Source of the DNA: an uncultured Alphaproteobacteria bacterium
GTDB lineage: Bacteria; Pseudomonadota; Alphaproteobacteria; Rhizobiales; Xanthobacteraceae
Direction: 5' to 3'
Length of the DNA: 64,000 bases
NCBI GenBank assembly: GCA_963764155.1
Contig: CAVXRI010000002.1
Location: forward strand, 322,351-386,350
The notes beneath the pieces were generated by a model. That model worked only from the letters and a program-made list of their open reading frames with translations. It was not told the DNA's origin and did no database searches. The translations under genes were made by a program, and so were the position numbers. Below are positions 42,813-51,197 of this stretch, in pieces. How positions within the stretch are numbered: position 1 is the first letter of the stretch; every line of letters begins with the position of its first letter.

Positions 42813-44187
42813 AGATGGATACCGACCGCAACGAAGAATTGGCCGTGCAGTCGAAATCCGGCGAGGCCAATGCTGGCGTTCAAGATCCGGTCGCAATGAT
42901 CCGCAAGCTCAACGTCGTTGGGCTTGCGATGATAGTTACTCTTGTCGGTTGTATTGGCGGCTGGGCTGCGACTAGCCAGCTTGCCGGTGCGGTGATCGCA
43001 GCCGGTACGGTCATTGTCGAATCGGTTGACAAGAAAGTGCAACATCCGACGGGCGGAGTCGTCAAGGAGATCCTGGTACACGATGGCAGCGCGGTGGAAG
43101 AGGGGCAGGTGCTTGTTCGGCTTGACGATACCGTAACCCGCTCTTCACTTGGTGTACTGCGGTCCCAGTTTGACGAGAATACTGCCCGGCGTACGCGCCT
43201 GCTGGCAGAACGGGATGGCGCTGAAGCCGTTGCCTTCTCGGAAACACTGACCTCGCGTCGGCATGAACCGAATCTTGCCGCAGCGTTGAATGGTGAAGAG
43301 AAACTATTCATATCCCGGAAAGAAGCGCGCGCTGGGCAACGCGCTCAGCTCCGCGAGCGCATATCGCAGACCAAAGAGGAAATTCGTGGGTTAAGCGCAC
43401 AGCAAGAGGCAAAGGGCAATGAGATCGATCTTATCGCTCAGGAACTCGTTGGCGTAACCGAACTTTACAGCAAGAACCTGGTCACAATCTCACGCTACAA
43501 CCTGCTGCAGCGCGACCAGACGCGCCTGCAAGGCGAGCGCGGTCAGTCAATCGCTGAAATCGCTCGCGCCCGCGCAAAAGTCAGCGAAACTGAATTGCAG
43601 GTCCTTCAACTCGATCAGGATTTTCGTACCGAAGTTCTCAAAGATCTTCGCGAGGTCGACGGGAAGATCGCCGAATTGACTGACAAGATGGTCGCCGCCG
43701 AAGATCAGCTCATGCTGTCGACATCCGTGCGCCGCGTTCGGGCGTGGTGCATTCGCTCAGCGTTCACACCCTCGGTGGAGTGATCGCAAATGGCGAAACG
43801 ATTATGTCCATCGTTCCCTACGGTGACGACCTGATCGTCGAGGCAAAGGTGATGCCGGCTCAGATAGATCAAATCGCTGAAGGTGCGCCGACCACGGTGA
43901 AGATCAACGCCGGCAATCAGCGGACCATGCCGGAACTCAAGGGCCGTCTGATCCATGTTTCCGCGGATTTGACGCGAGACCCTCAACCGAGTGCAGCAGG
44001 TCCGGCGCAGCCCTATTATCTTGCTCGCGTGTCATTGCCATCCGCTGAAATCGACCGACTAGGCGCCTTTCGTCTTCAACCGGGCATGCCCGCAGAGATC
44101 TTTATCCAGACCGGCGCGCAGACGCCGCTGCAATATCTTCTCAAACCGTTGAGCGAGCAAATCGCCCGCACGTTTCGGGAACGATAA
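42809..44187 (+). CDS. HlyD/PrtE-family T1SS membrane fusion protein; apparent frameshift at ~43715
   Basis: KKVQHPTGGVV plus coiled coil (ORF 42809..43783), continuing as DIRAPRSGVVH...LQPGMPAEIFI...YLLKPL (ORF 43744..44187). Confidence 0.88.
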
Positions 44188-44271
44188 ACGTTAGCCAAGG
44201 CACATTTTCTCGCGGCTCGCCTGCAGGATAAGATCACCGCCGCGGCCAGCTCGAAATATTTTCAAGGGTCA

Positions 44272-44298
44272 TGTAGGCGCCGTAAAATCTCGTTCGTC
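44272..44298 (+). promoter_or_regulatory. Putative ECF42 promoter 3
   Basis: TGTAGG-N15-TTCGTC upstream of the second YciI cluster. Confidence 0.65.
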
Positions 44299-44346
44299 TT
44301 ATCGATGGGCCGGGCAATCGGCCGCCAATTCCGATGGAGTGTGACA

Positions 44347-44763
44347 ATGCGGTTTATGGTGATCGTGAAGGCCAGCAAGGAAACCGAAGCCGGTGTTATG
44401 CCGAGCACCGAATTGCTGACCGCGATGGGCAAGTTCAACGAGGAACTAGCCAAGGCCGGCATCCTGGAAGCGGGTGAAGGGCTGCATCCGACCTCAAAAG
44501 GGGCTCGTCTCAAATACTCCGGCGGAAACTGCTCGGCCAGCAACGGTCCGTTCGACTTAACGGGCGATCTGATTGCGGGGTTTTGGTTAATTCAAGCCAA
44601 ATCGCTGCACGATGCGATCGAATGCATGAAGCGCGCTCCGTTCGATGGCGGATCAGAGATCGAAATCAGGCAGGTCTTCGCGCCGGAAGATTTCGGCGAA
44701 GCGCTGACGCCGGAATTGTGCGAGCAGGAACAGCGGCTGCGGGCGTCGGCGAAAAAAGCATAA
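44347..44763 (+). CDS. YciI/DGPF-domain protein
   Basis: MRFMVIVKA, GEGLHPTSKG, NGPF, IAGFWLIQ, EIEIRQV. Confidence 0.88.
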   Translation: MRFMVIVKASKETEAGVMPSTELLTAMGKFNEELAKAGILEAGEGLHPTSKGARLKYSGGNCSASNGPFDLTGDLIAGFWLIQAKSLHDAIECMKRAPFDGGSEIEIRQVFAPEDFGEALTPELCEQEQRLRASAKKA

Positions 44764-44817
44764 GATGAAGTTTCACTTTCACTCGGAATCGCAGGAAATG
44801 ACACAAAGGACACGACG

Positions 44818-45237
44818 ATGCGATTTATGATGCTGATGATTCCTCTGGGTTACGAGACGGCGCCAGCGGACGCTACGCCGGACGCCGAGCGCGTGGCCGC
44901 GATGATGAAGTACAACACTGCGCTCAAGGAGGCCGGCGTGCTGATCACGCTGGATGGACTGCTTCCGCCATCGGCGGGCGCGCGGGTTTCCTTCGCCAGC
45001 GGCAAACCGGTCGTGACCGACGGCCCCTTCGCGGAGTTCAAGGAAGTGCTCGGCGGCTATTGGATGATTGAGGTGAATTCGCGCGAGGAGGCGATCGCCT
45101 GGGCCAAGAAATGCCCCGCATCTCACAACGAAATCATCGAAATTCGCCAGGTTCACGAAATGGCGGATTTTCCTCCCGACGTGCAGGAAGCCGCCACCGG
45201 ATTCAGCGAATTGCAAACCAAATCCCGCGCGCGTTGA
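44818..45237 (+). CDS. YciI/DGPF-domain protein
   Basis: MRFMMLMIP, VTDGPFAE.KEVLGGYWMI, IEIRQV. Confidence 0.88.
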   Translation: MRFMMLMIPLGYETAPADATPDAERVAAMMKYNTALKEAGVLITLDGLLPPSAGARVSFASGKPVVTDGPFAEFKEVLGGYWMIEVNSREEAIAWAKKCPASHNEIIEIRQVHEMADFPPDVQEAATGFSELQTKSRAR

Positions 45238-45292
45238 TCAAGTCCACCGCAGTCTATGTTGAGTCCCGCAATCGCAATTGGAAGGAATCTCC

Positions 45293-45655
45293 ATGAGCAC
45301 TCAGACGTTTCTCGCTGTATTCCTCGGCAGCAAAACCAGCCCGCAAATGACGGCATGGAACGCGCTTTCGGAGGCCGAGCGGCGCGCAAAGGAGCAAAAA
45401 GGGATGGCCGCGTGGAAGGCGTGGGTCGAAAAGCACCACGCCGTAATCGGCGAAATGGGCGGGCCACTTGGCAAGACCAAGAAAGTCGATCAGGGCGGCA
45501 TTGGAGATACTCAGAACCACATGGGAGCGTTCACGGTGGTTCGCGCCGATTCCCACGAGGCTGCCGCCAAGCTTTTCGAAGGCCATCCGCATTTTACGAT
45601 CTTCCCGGGAGAATCCATCGAGATCATGCCGATCTTGCCGATACCTGGCGGTTAG
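45293..45655 (+). CDS. YciI-related hypothetical protein
   Basis: AWKAW...GGPLGKTK...GAFTVVRADSHEAAAKLFEGHPH; GGAAGGA RBS. Confidence 0.75.
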   Translation: MSTQTFLAVFLGSKTSPQMTAWNALSEAERRAKEQKGMAAWKAWVEKHHAVIGEMGGPLGKTKKVDQGGIGDTQNHMGAFTVVRADSHEAAAKLFEGHPHFTIFPGESIEIMPILPIPGG

Positions 45656-45728
45656 CGCACTGGTATCACGGGCGTTAACGGTTGCGCTGGTTTGCGCAGG
45701 GCCGGCTAGTGACGTTTGCGCACGGCTC

Positions 45729-45747
45729 ATGTAAAAGCCTTTCACAT
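45729..45747. promoter_or_regulatory. Putative TetR operator (imperfect copy)
   Basis: ATGTAAAA-GCC-TTTCACAT overlapping the TetR start codon. Confidence 0.6.
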
Positions 45748-46450
45748 GAGCTGGCGCAAGGAACAGCGCCGCGCCGAGCGCGGCTACCATCACGGCAATC
45801 TGAAAGAGGCGCTGCTGCAAGCCGCGCTCGGGCTTATCGCCGAAAAAGGCGCGGCCGGCTTCACCTTTGCCGATGCCGCGCGCATGGCCGGTGTCAGCCC
45901 GGCCGCGCCTTATCGGCATTTTCGCGACCGCGATGAATTGCTTTCCTCGATCGCGCAGCGCGGCTTCGAGCAATTCGAGGCGATATTGACGAGCGCGTGG
46001 GACGATGGCCGACCTGACACCGTCGCTGCGTTCGAACGGGTTGGAAAAGCTTATCTCGCATTCGCGCGCGACGAGCCCGGTTTCTATTCGGCGATGTTCG
46101 AATCCGGGCTTCCACTCGACGTAAATCCGCTGTTGTTGGCGGCTAGCGAGCGTGCTTTCGGGATTATCAGGGCCGCCGCCGAACGACTGGCTGCGCTGGC
46201 GCCGTCGGGCACGCCGCGCCCGCCTGCGTTGATGATGGCGCTACACATTTGGTCGATGTCGCACGGCATCGCTTCGCTGTTCGCACGCGGCAATTCCGCG
46301 CGCCGCAAACTTCCGATGTCGCCGGAGGAATTGCTGGAGGCCGAAGTGCTGATTTATTTGCGCGGCCTCGGTTTTCACACCGATCACAACTCCGGGCCGA
46401 ATCCGCCTCTGGAGGAGAAACCTGCCGGGCCGTGGGGCAAAGCGAAATGA
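45746..46450 (+). CDS. TetR/AcrR family regulator (WHG-type C-terminus)
   Basis: GYHHGNLKEAL, AGVSPAAPYRHF, IWSMSHG. Confidence 0.9.
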   Translation: MSWRKEQRRAERGYHHGNLKEALLQAALGLIAEKGAAGFTFADAARMAGVSPAAPYRHFRDRDELLSSIAQRGFEQFEAILTSAWDDGRPDTVAAFERVGKAYLAFARDEPGFYSAMFESGLPLDVNPLLLAASERAFGIIRAAAERLAALAPSGTPRPPALMMALHIWSMSHGIASLFARGNSARRKLPMSPEELLEAEVLIYLRGLGFHTDHNSGPNPPLEEKPAGPWGKAK

Positions 46451-46490
46451 AGTTCCTCAATTAAATTGACGAGCGCTTGTTGCGGGCCGC

Positions 46491-46536
46491 TTGACAAAAA
46501 GCAGGGATGAGCTACCTATGTAAATGTTATTTACAT
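46491..46536 (+). promoter_or_regulatory. Sigma70-like promoter with a perfect palindromic operator
   Basis: TTGACA at 46491-46496; ATGTAAAT-GTT-ATTTACAT at 46518-46536. Confidence 0.7.
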
Positions 46537-46569
46537 TCACAACGGCGTGATGCCGTCATGGAGAGGGAA

Positions 46570-47049
46570 ATGGCCTACACCGCAGATGTCAATCGATGGC
46601 GCGGTCCCGTGGAAGAACCTTACCGCCCAAGCATGCTTCACTCGCCTTGGCATCCCGGCTGGATTGCCGTGACGATCCTTGGCTTTTTGATGTGGTGGCC
46701 GGTGGGGCTTGCCCTTCTCTTCTTTACCATCGGGAGCAGAAAAATGGGTTGCTGAACTCATCAGGATCGCTGGCAGAACAAGATGGAGCGGATGCAGTAC
46801 AAGATGGAACGAATGCGCGACCGTATGGATCGCCGCGGCTTCGGCTTTGGCTTCGGACCGCCCTCGAGCGGCAACCGCGCCTTTGACGAATACCGCATGG
46901 AGACGTTGCGGCGCCTGGAGGAGGAGCAGACGGAATTTCGCGAGTTCCTCACTCGTTTGCGTCACGCCAAGGACAAGGAAGAGTTCGACCAGTTCATGGC
47001 ACAGCATCGCCAGCGCCCGACGCCGCCTAATGATCAACCGCAGAACTAA
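46570..47049 (+). CDS. DUF2852 family membrane protein; in-frame TGA at 46753-46755 (probable artefact)
   Basis: WIAVTILGFLMWWPVGLALL, then in the same frame SSGNRAFDEYR.ETLRRLEEEQ..F..FL.RLRHAKDKEEFDQFM. Confidence 0.8.
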
Positions 47050-47101
47050 ACTCGACCCGAGGTCATCGTCTCAGGCGACTTCGAAACCCCGACAGCGAAA
47101 T

Positions 47102-47140
47102 GACCGCCCGTCTGCCACCGCAGGCGGGCGGTTTGCTTTA
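47102..47140 (+). terminator. Intrinsic terminator
   Basis: GACCGCCCGTCTGC-N4-GCAGGCGGGCGGTT followed by a T-rich tail. Confidence 0.7.
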
Positions 47141-47208
47141 CCGCCGGGCCGAACCGGCTTGGCACGGCGGCGGCCGGCTTCCATTTCCCTCACCCAAATC
47201 TTCCTTTG

Positions 47209-47227
47209 GTAACCGTACATTAACCAT
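47209..47227. promoter_or_regulatory. Putative CtrA box upstream of tolQ
   Basis: GTAA-N7-TTAACCAT. Confidence 0.5.
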
Positions 47228-47440
47228 GATTAGCGTCTGGTTAGAGGGATGAAATCGCGCGATTAGCCCTTGTTTTGACATGTTGGCAGGGAATGCAGGC
47301 CCAAGGCTTCGGCGGGCCTCCCATGCGACCAAACAGGCTTCATCGCGCAGGCTTACCGGCGCGCCTGATCGCGCGGCCATGGACCGGCAGCCATTTGCTC
47401 CCGGAGGACTTGGGACACTTGCGTTGAGAGGATACCGCTA

Positions 47441-48154
47441 ATGAATCCGGCCGACGTGGCTCAGGCAGCGTTGCCGCTGCCCTCAGCCGACGTGTCGCTA
47501 ATCGCGCTATTCCTGCAGGCTCACTGGATCGTCAAAGCGGTCATGTTGGGCCTGTTGGCATGTTCCGTCTGGGTATGGGCTATCGCGATCGACAAGGTCT
47601 TCCTTTATTCCCGCACCCGCCGTTCGATGGATCGTTTCGAGCAGGCGTTCTGGTCCGGAGAATCGATCGAGGAGCTCTACCGTGCGCTGTCCTCGAAGCC
47701 GACGCAGTCGATGTCTGCATGCTTTGTCGCCGCCATGCGCGAGTGGAAGCGCTCGTTCGACAATCAGGCGCGCTCCGTCGCCGGTCTTCAGATGCGCATC
47801 GAGAAAGTAATGAACGTTTCGATCGCGCGTGAAATCGAGCGGCTCGAGCGGCGGCTTCTGGTGCTGGCCACTGTCGGCTCGGCGGGCCCGTTCGTCGGCT
47901 TGTTCGGCACGGTCTGGGGCATCATGTCGAGCTTCCAGTCGATCGCCGCCTCGAAGAACACGTCGCTGGCGGTGGTGGCTCCGGGCATCGCCGAAGCGCT
48001 GTTCGCCACCGCGATCGGCCTTATCGCCGCCATCCCGGCGACCATTTTCTACAACAAATTCACCTCCGAGGTGAACCGGCAGGCTCAGCGGCTTGAAGGG
48101 TTCGCGGATGAGTTTTCCGCGATCCTTTCGCGTCAGATCGATGAACGGGGCTGA
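47441..48154 (+). CDS. tolQ: Tol-Pal motor subunit TolQ
   Basis: [30 protein letters not shown]. Confidence 0.95.
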   Translation: MNPADVAQAALPLPSADVSLIALFLQAHWIVKAVMLGLLACSVWVWAIAIDKVFLYSRTRRSMDRFEQAFWSGESIEELYRALSSKPTQSMSACFVAAMREWKRSFDNQARSVAGLQMRIEKVMNVSIAREIERLERRLLVLATVGSAGPFVGLFGTVWGIMSSFQSIAASKNTSLAVVAPGIAEALFATAIGLIAAIPATIFYNKFTSEVNRQAQRLEGFADEFSAILSRQIDERG

Positions 48155-48190
48155 TGGGTGATATCGTGAGCGCATCGTGAGCAGCAGATC

Positions 48191-48640
48191 ATGGCGATGA
48201 ACACGGCAGGATCATCTGGCGGCCGAGGCGGCCGCCGCGGCCGTCGCAAAGCGGTGATGGCCGAGATTAATGTCACGCCGATGGTCGACGTGATGCTCGT
48301 GCTGCTGATCATTTTCATGGTGTCCGCGCCGTTGTTGACGGTCGGTGTTCCGCTCGATCTGCCGCAGACCCAGGCCAAGAGCCTCGATCAGGACAAGAAC
48401 CCCCTGACGCTTTCGGTCAATCTGAAGGGCCAGGTGTTCCTCAACGATAGTGAAATCGCGATCAACGACCTGGTGACGAAACTGAAGGCGATCACGGATG
48501 CTCGCGGCGGGCTGGATGAGCGTATTTTTGTTCGCGGCGACAAAAAGGTCGATTACGGTACCGTCATGAAGGTGATGGGCCGGCTTTCGGCCGCCGGATT
48601 CAGGCGTGTCGCGTTGGTGACGGAAGTGGATCAGGGATAA
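48191..48640 (+). CDS. tolR: TolR
   Basis: EINVTPMVDVMLVLLIIFMV. Confidence 0.95.
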   Translation: MAMNTAGSSGGRGGRRGRRKAVMAEINVTPMVDVMLVLLIIFMVSAPLLTVGVPLDLPQTQAKSLDQDKNPLTLSVNLKGQVFLNDSEIAINDLVTKLKAITDARGGLDERIFVRGDKKVDYGTVMKVMGRLSAAGFRRVALVTEVDQG

Positions 48641-48647
48641 CCCCCAA

Positions 48648-49592
48648 GTGAAAGTCGACAAGACAATCGTTGCGTCGATCGGCCTCCACGTCCTCGTGAT
48701 CGGATGGGGATTGGTTTCCTTTTCCGCCCGTTCACTCGAAGCGCCTCCGCCGGAATCCATGCCGGTCGATATTATCTCAGCGGATCAGCTTTCGAAGATA
48801 ACCGCGGGCATCAGGACGGGCCAAAAAGACAAGCCGAAACCGATGGTCGAGAAGGTTGCCGAGCAAACTCCGGTTGAAGACGCCGTCGGCAAGATCACGG
48901 AAAAGAAGGAGATCGTGACGGCGTCCGCACCGGAGCCGCCGCCGAAACCGGTAGAGAAGCCGATCGAGAAAAAACCCGAGCCGCCCAAACCTGTCGCCGA
49001 GAACAAGCCAAAGGACGAGCCGAAGCCGATTGAGAAAAAGCCGGAACCACCCAAGGTCGATCCGATCGCGGAAGCCTTGAAATCCGAAGAGGCTAAGAAG
49101 CCGGTGCCGAAGCCGGAAGCCAAGGCCGCGCCGCCGCAGCCACCGAAACCGAAACAGGAGCGAGTGTTCGATCAGTCAAAGATCGCGGCGCTGCTCGACA
49201 AGCGCGATCCTACTCGGCAGGCCATCACGGGCTCCGAACTGAACGCATCGGCGTCGCTCGGGACCACCCGGGGCAAGGCGGCGACGCTGTCGCAGTCAGA
49301 GCTTGATGCCATGCGGGCGCGACTGGCGAGCCTGTGGAACGTACAACCAGGCATCGAACACCCCGAAGAGCTCTATGTCACGATCCGTATTCGGCTCAAT
49401 CCCGATCGCCGGCTGGCCGGGCCGCCGCAGGTGATTTCGACCGGGAGTTCGCCGCGCTACCAGGCTGCGGCCGAAGCGGCAGTGCGCGCCGTGCTTCAGG
49501 GCCAGCCATACACAATGTTGCGAGACGAGACCTACGACCAATGGAAATACATGGACATCGATTTCGATCCTAAGCAGATGTTTCACAGCTGA
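48648..49592 (+). CDS. tolA: TolA
   Basis: N-terminal TM with S..LH, Pro/Lys/Glu-rich linker, C-terminal globular domain; position in the operon. Confidence 0.85.
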   Translation: MKVDKTIVASIGLHVLVIGWGLVSFSARSLEAPPPESMPVDIISADQLSKITAGIRTGQKDKPKPMVEKVAEQTPVEDAVGKITEKKEIVTASAPEPPPKPVEKPIEKKPEPPKPVAENKPKDEPKPIEKKPEPPKVDPIAEALKSEEAKKPVPKPEAKAAPPQPPKPKQERVFDQSKIAALLDKRDPTRQAITGSELNASASLGTTRGKAATLSQSELDAMRARLASLWNVQPGIEHPEELYVTIRIRLNPDRRLAGPPQVISTGSSPRYQAAAEAAVRAVLQGQPYTMLRDETYDQWKYMDIDFDPKQMFHS

Positions 49593-49614
49593 TGTTCTGA
49601 AAGACGAGCCCGCA

Positions 49615-50979
49615 ATGTCCATGACTTCGTTTCCGCTTCCGCCACTTCGACTTGATCGCCGTAAGCTTCTGATCAGCAGCGCCGGAGCGGCCGCGGGTTT
49701 GTTGCTACCCTCGGCTGCCAGCGCGCAAACCAGACTGGTGATACCCGAAGGCAATGTGGCGCCGCTGCCGATTGCCATACCGAGCTTTTTGCCGGGATCG
49801 CCCGCCGACGCACAAGTCGGCGCCGACGTCGCCGGAGTCATCGCCAACAATCTCAAGCGCAGCGGACTGTTCGCGCCGATCGATCCGGCCGCCTTTATCG
49901 AGCGCATCACCGACATCGACAAGGCGCCGCAATTTGCGAACTGGAAAACCATCAACGCGCAGGCGCTGGTCACCGGCCGCATGACGCGTCAGGGCGATGG
50001 ACGCTTGAAGGCGGAATTCCGTCTTTGGGATGTCGCCTCCGGTCAGCAACTCACCGGGCAGCAATATTTCACCGCCCCGGAATACTGGCGGAGAATCGCG
50101 CATATCATTTCCGATCAGATTTACGAGCGTCTGACCGGCGACAAAGGCTATTTCGATACTCGCGTGGTATTCGTCGATGAGTCCGGCGCCAAGGAGCATC
50201 GAGTGAAGCGTCTCGCGTTGATGGACCAGGACGGCGCCAATGTGCGTTATCTGACGAAGGGCGCGGATCTGGTGCTGACGCCACGGTTCTCGCCCTCGAC
50301 CCAGGAAATCACCTACATGGAGTTCGGCCAGGGCGATCCGCGCGTCTATCTATTGAACATCGAGACCGGGCAGCGCGAAATCGTCGGCAATTTTCCGGGC
50401 ATGTCGTTTTCGCCGCGCTTCTCGCCGGACGGCCAGCGCGTCATCATGAGCCTGCAGCAAGGCGGCAATTCCAACCTGTTCGTGATGGATTTGCGTTCGA
50501 AGTCGACCACGCGCCTTACCGACACGCCGGCGATCGACACGTCGCCCTCCTATTCTCCGGATGCTAGCCGCATCTGCTTCGAGTCCGATCGCGGCGGCAG
50601 GCCGCAGATCTACGTCATGCCCGCGACGGGCGGAGCCGCGCAGCGCATCTCTTTCAGCAAGGACGACACCAATGGCAGCTACTCGACGCCGGTCTGGTCG
50701 CCGCGTGGCGACTACATCGCGTTCACCAAGCAGGGCGGCGGTCAGTTTTCCATCGGCATTATGAAGCCTGATGGTTCCGGCGAACGGATATTGACCTCGG
50801 GATTCCACAACGAGGGACCGACCTTTGCGCCAAACGGTCGGGTTGTGATGTTTTTCCGTGACCCCGGCGGAAGCGGCGGGCCCTCGCTTTTTACCGTCGA
50901 TATTTCCGGGCGGAACGAGCAACGCGTGCCGACGCCGGGCTTCGCGTCTGACCCGGCTTGGTCACCGCTGCTGTCGTAG
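49615..50979 (+). CDS. tolB: TolB beta-propeller protein
   Basis: PD40 repeats ([28 protein letters not shown]). Confidence 0.95.
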   Translation: MSMTSFPLPPLRLDRRKLLISSAGAAAGLLLPSAASAQTRLVIPEGNVAPLPIAIPSFLPGSPADAQVGADVAGVIANNLKRSGLFAPIDPAAFIERITDIDKAPQFANWKTINAQALVTGRMTRQGDGRLKAEFRLWDVASGQQLTGQQYFTAPEYWRRIAHIISDQIYERLTGDKGYFDTRVVFVDESGAKEHRVKRLALMDQDGANVRYLTKGADLVLTPRFSPSTQEITYMEFGQGDPRVYLLNIETGQREIVGNFPGMSFSPRFSPDGQRVIMSLQQGGNSNLFVMDLRSKSTTRLTDTPAIDTSPSYSPDASRICFESDRGGRPQIYVMPATGGAAQRISFSKDDTNGSYSTPVWSPRGDYIAFTKQGGGQFSIGIMKPDGSGERILTSGFHNEGPTFAPNGRVVMFFRDPGGSGGPSLFTVDISGRNEQRVPTPGFASDPAWSPLLS

Positions 50980-51197
50980 CTGTTACCCGCTCTGGTCGCG
51001 GGCTCGGCATCTTCAACTCGGCGTCGGCAGCCCGCGTTTTACCGCTGGCCCTGTACTCACCGCGTAGAACATTGATTTTTCTCGCAGATTTGTTCGAGCC
51101 GGAAAAGGCAACGTTCCGGTAACGATGTTCGCTCAGAAAGACTTCATCCAGCGCGAGTAACAATAGCGATCCTGGGATGAGGACGTACGCGCACGCG

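Noticed and set aside
39309-44270. Mobile element boundaries around the RTX-T1SS block
   Set aside because: No transposase, integrase, tRNA, terminal inverted repeats or target duplication could be found by eye.
46753-46755. In-frame TGA next to Cys in DUF2852 as selenocysteine or programmed readthrough
   Set aside because: The position is normally Trp (TGG), and a single G->A at a GANTC site (GACTC->AACTC) explains it, matching the error pattern elsewhere. No sel genes are in the window and no clear SECIS was seen.
48930-49160. Repetitive sequence in tolA (and the Pro/Gln-rich ybgF linker)
   Set aside because: Ordinary low-complexity Pro/Lys/Glu linkers expected for these proteins.
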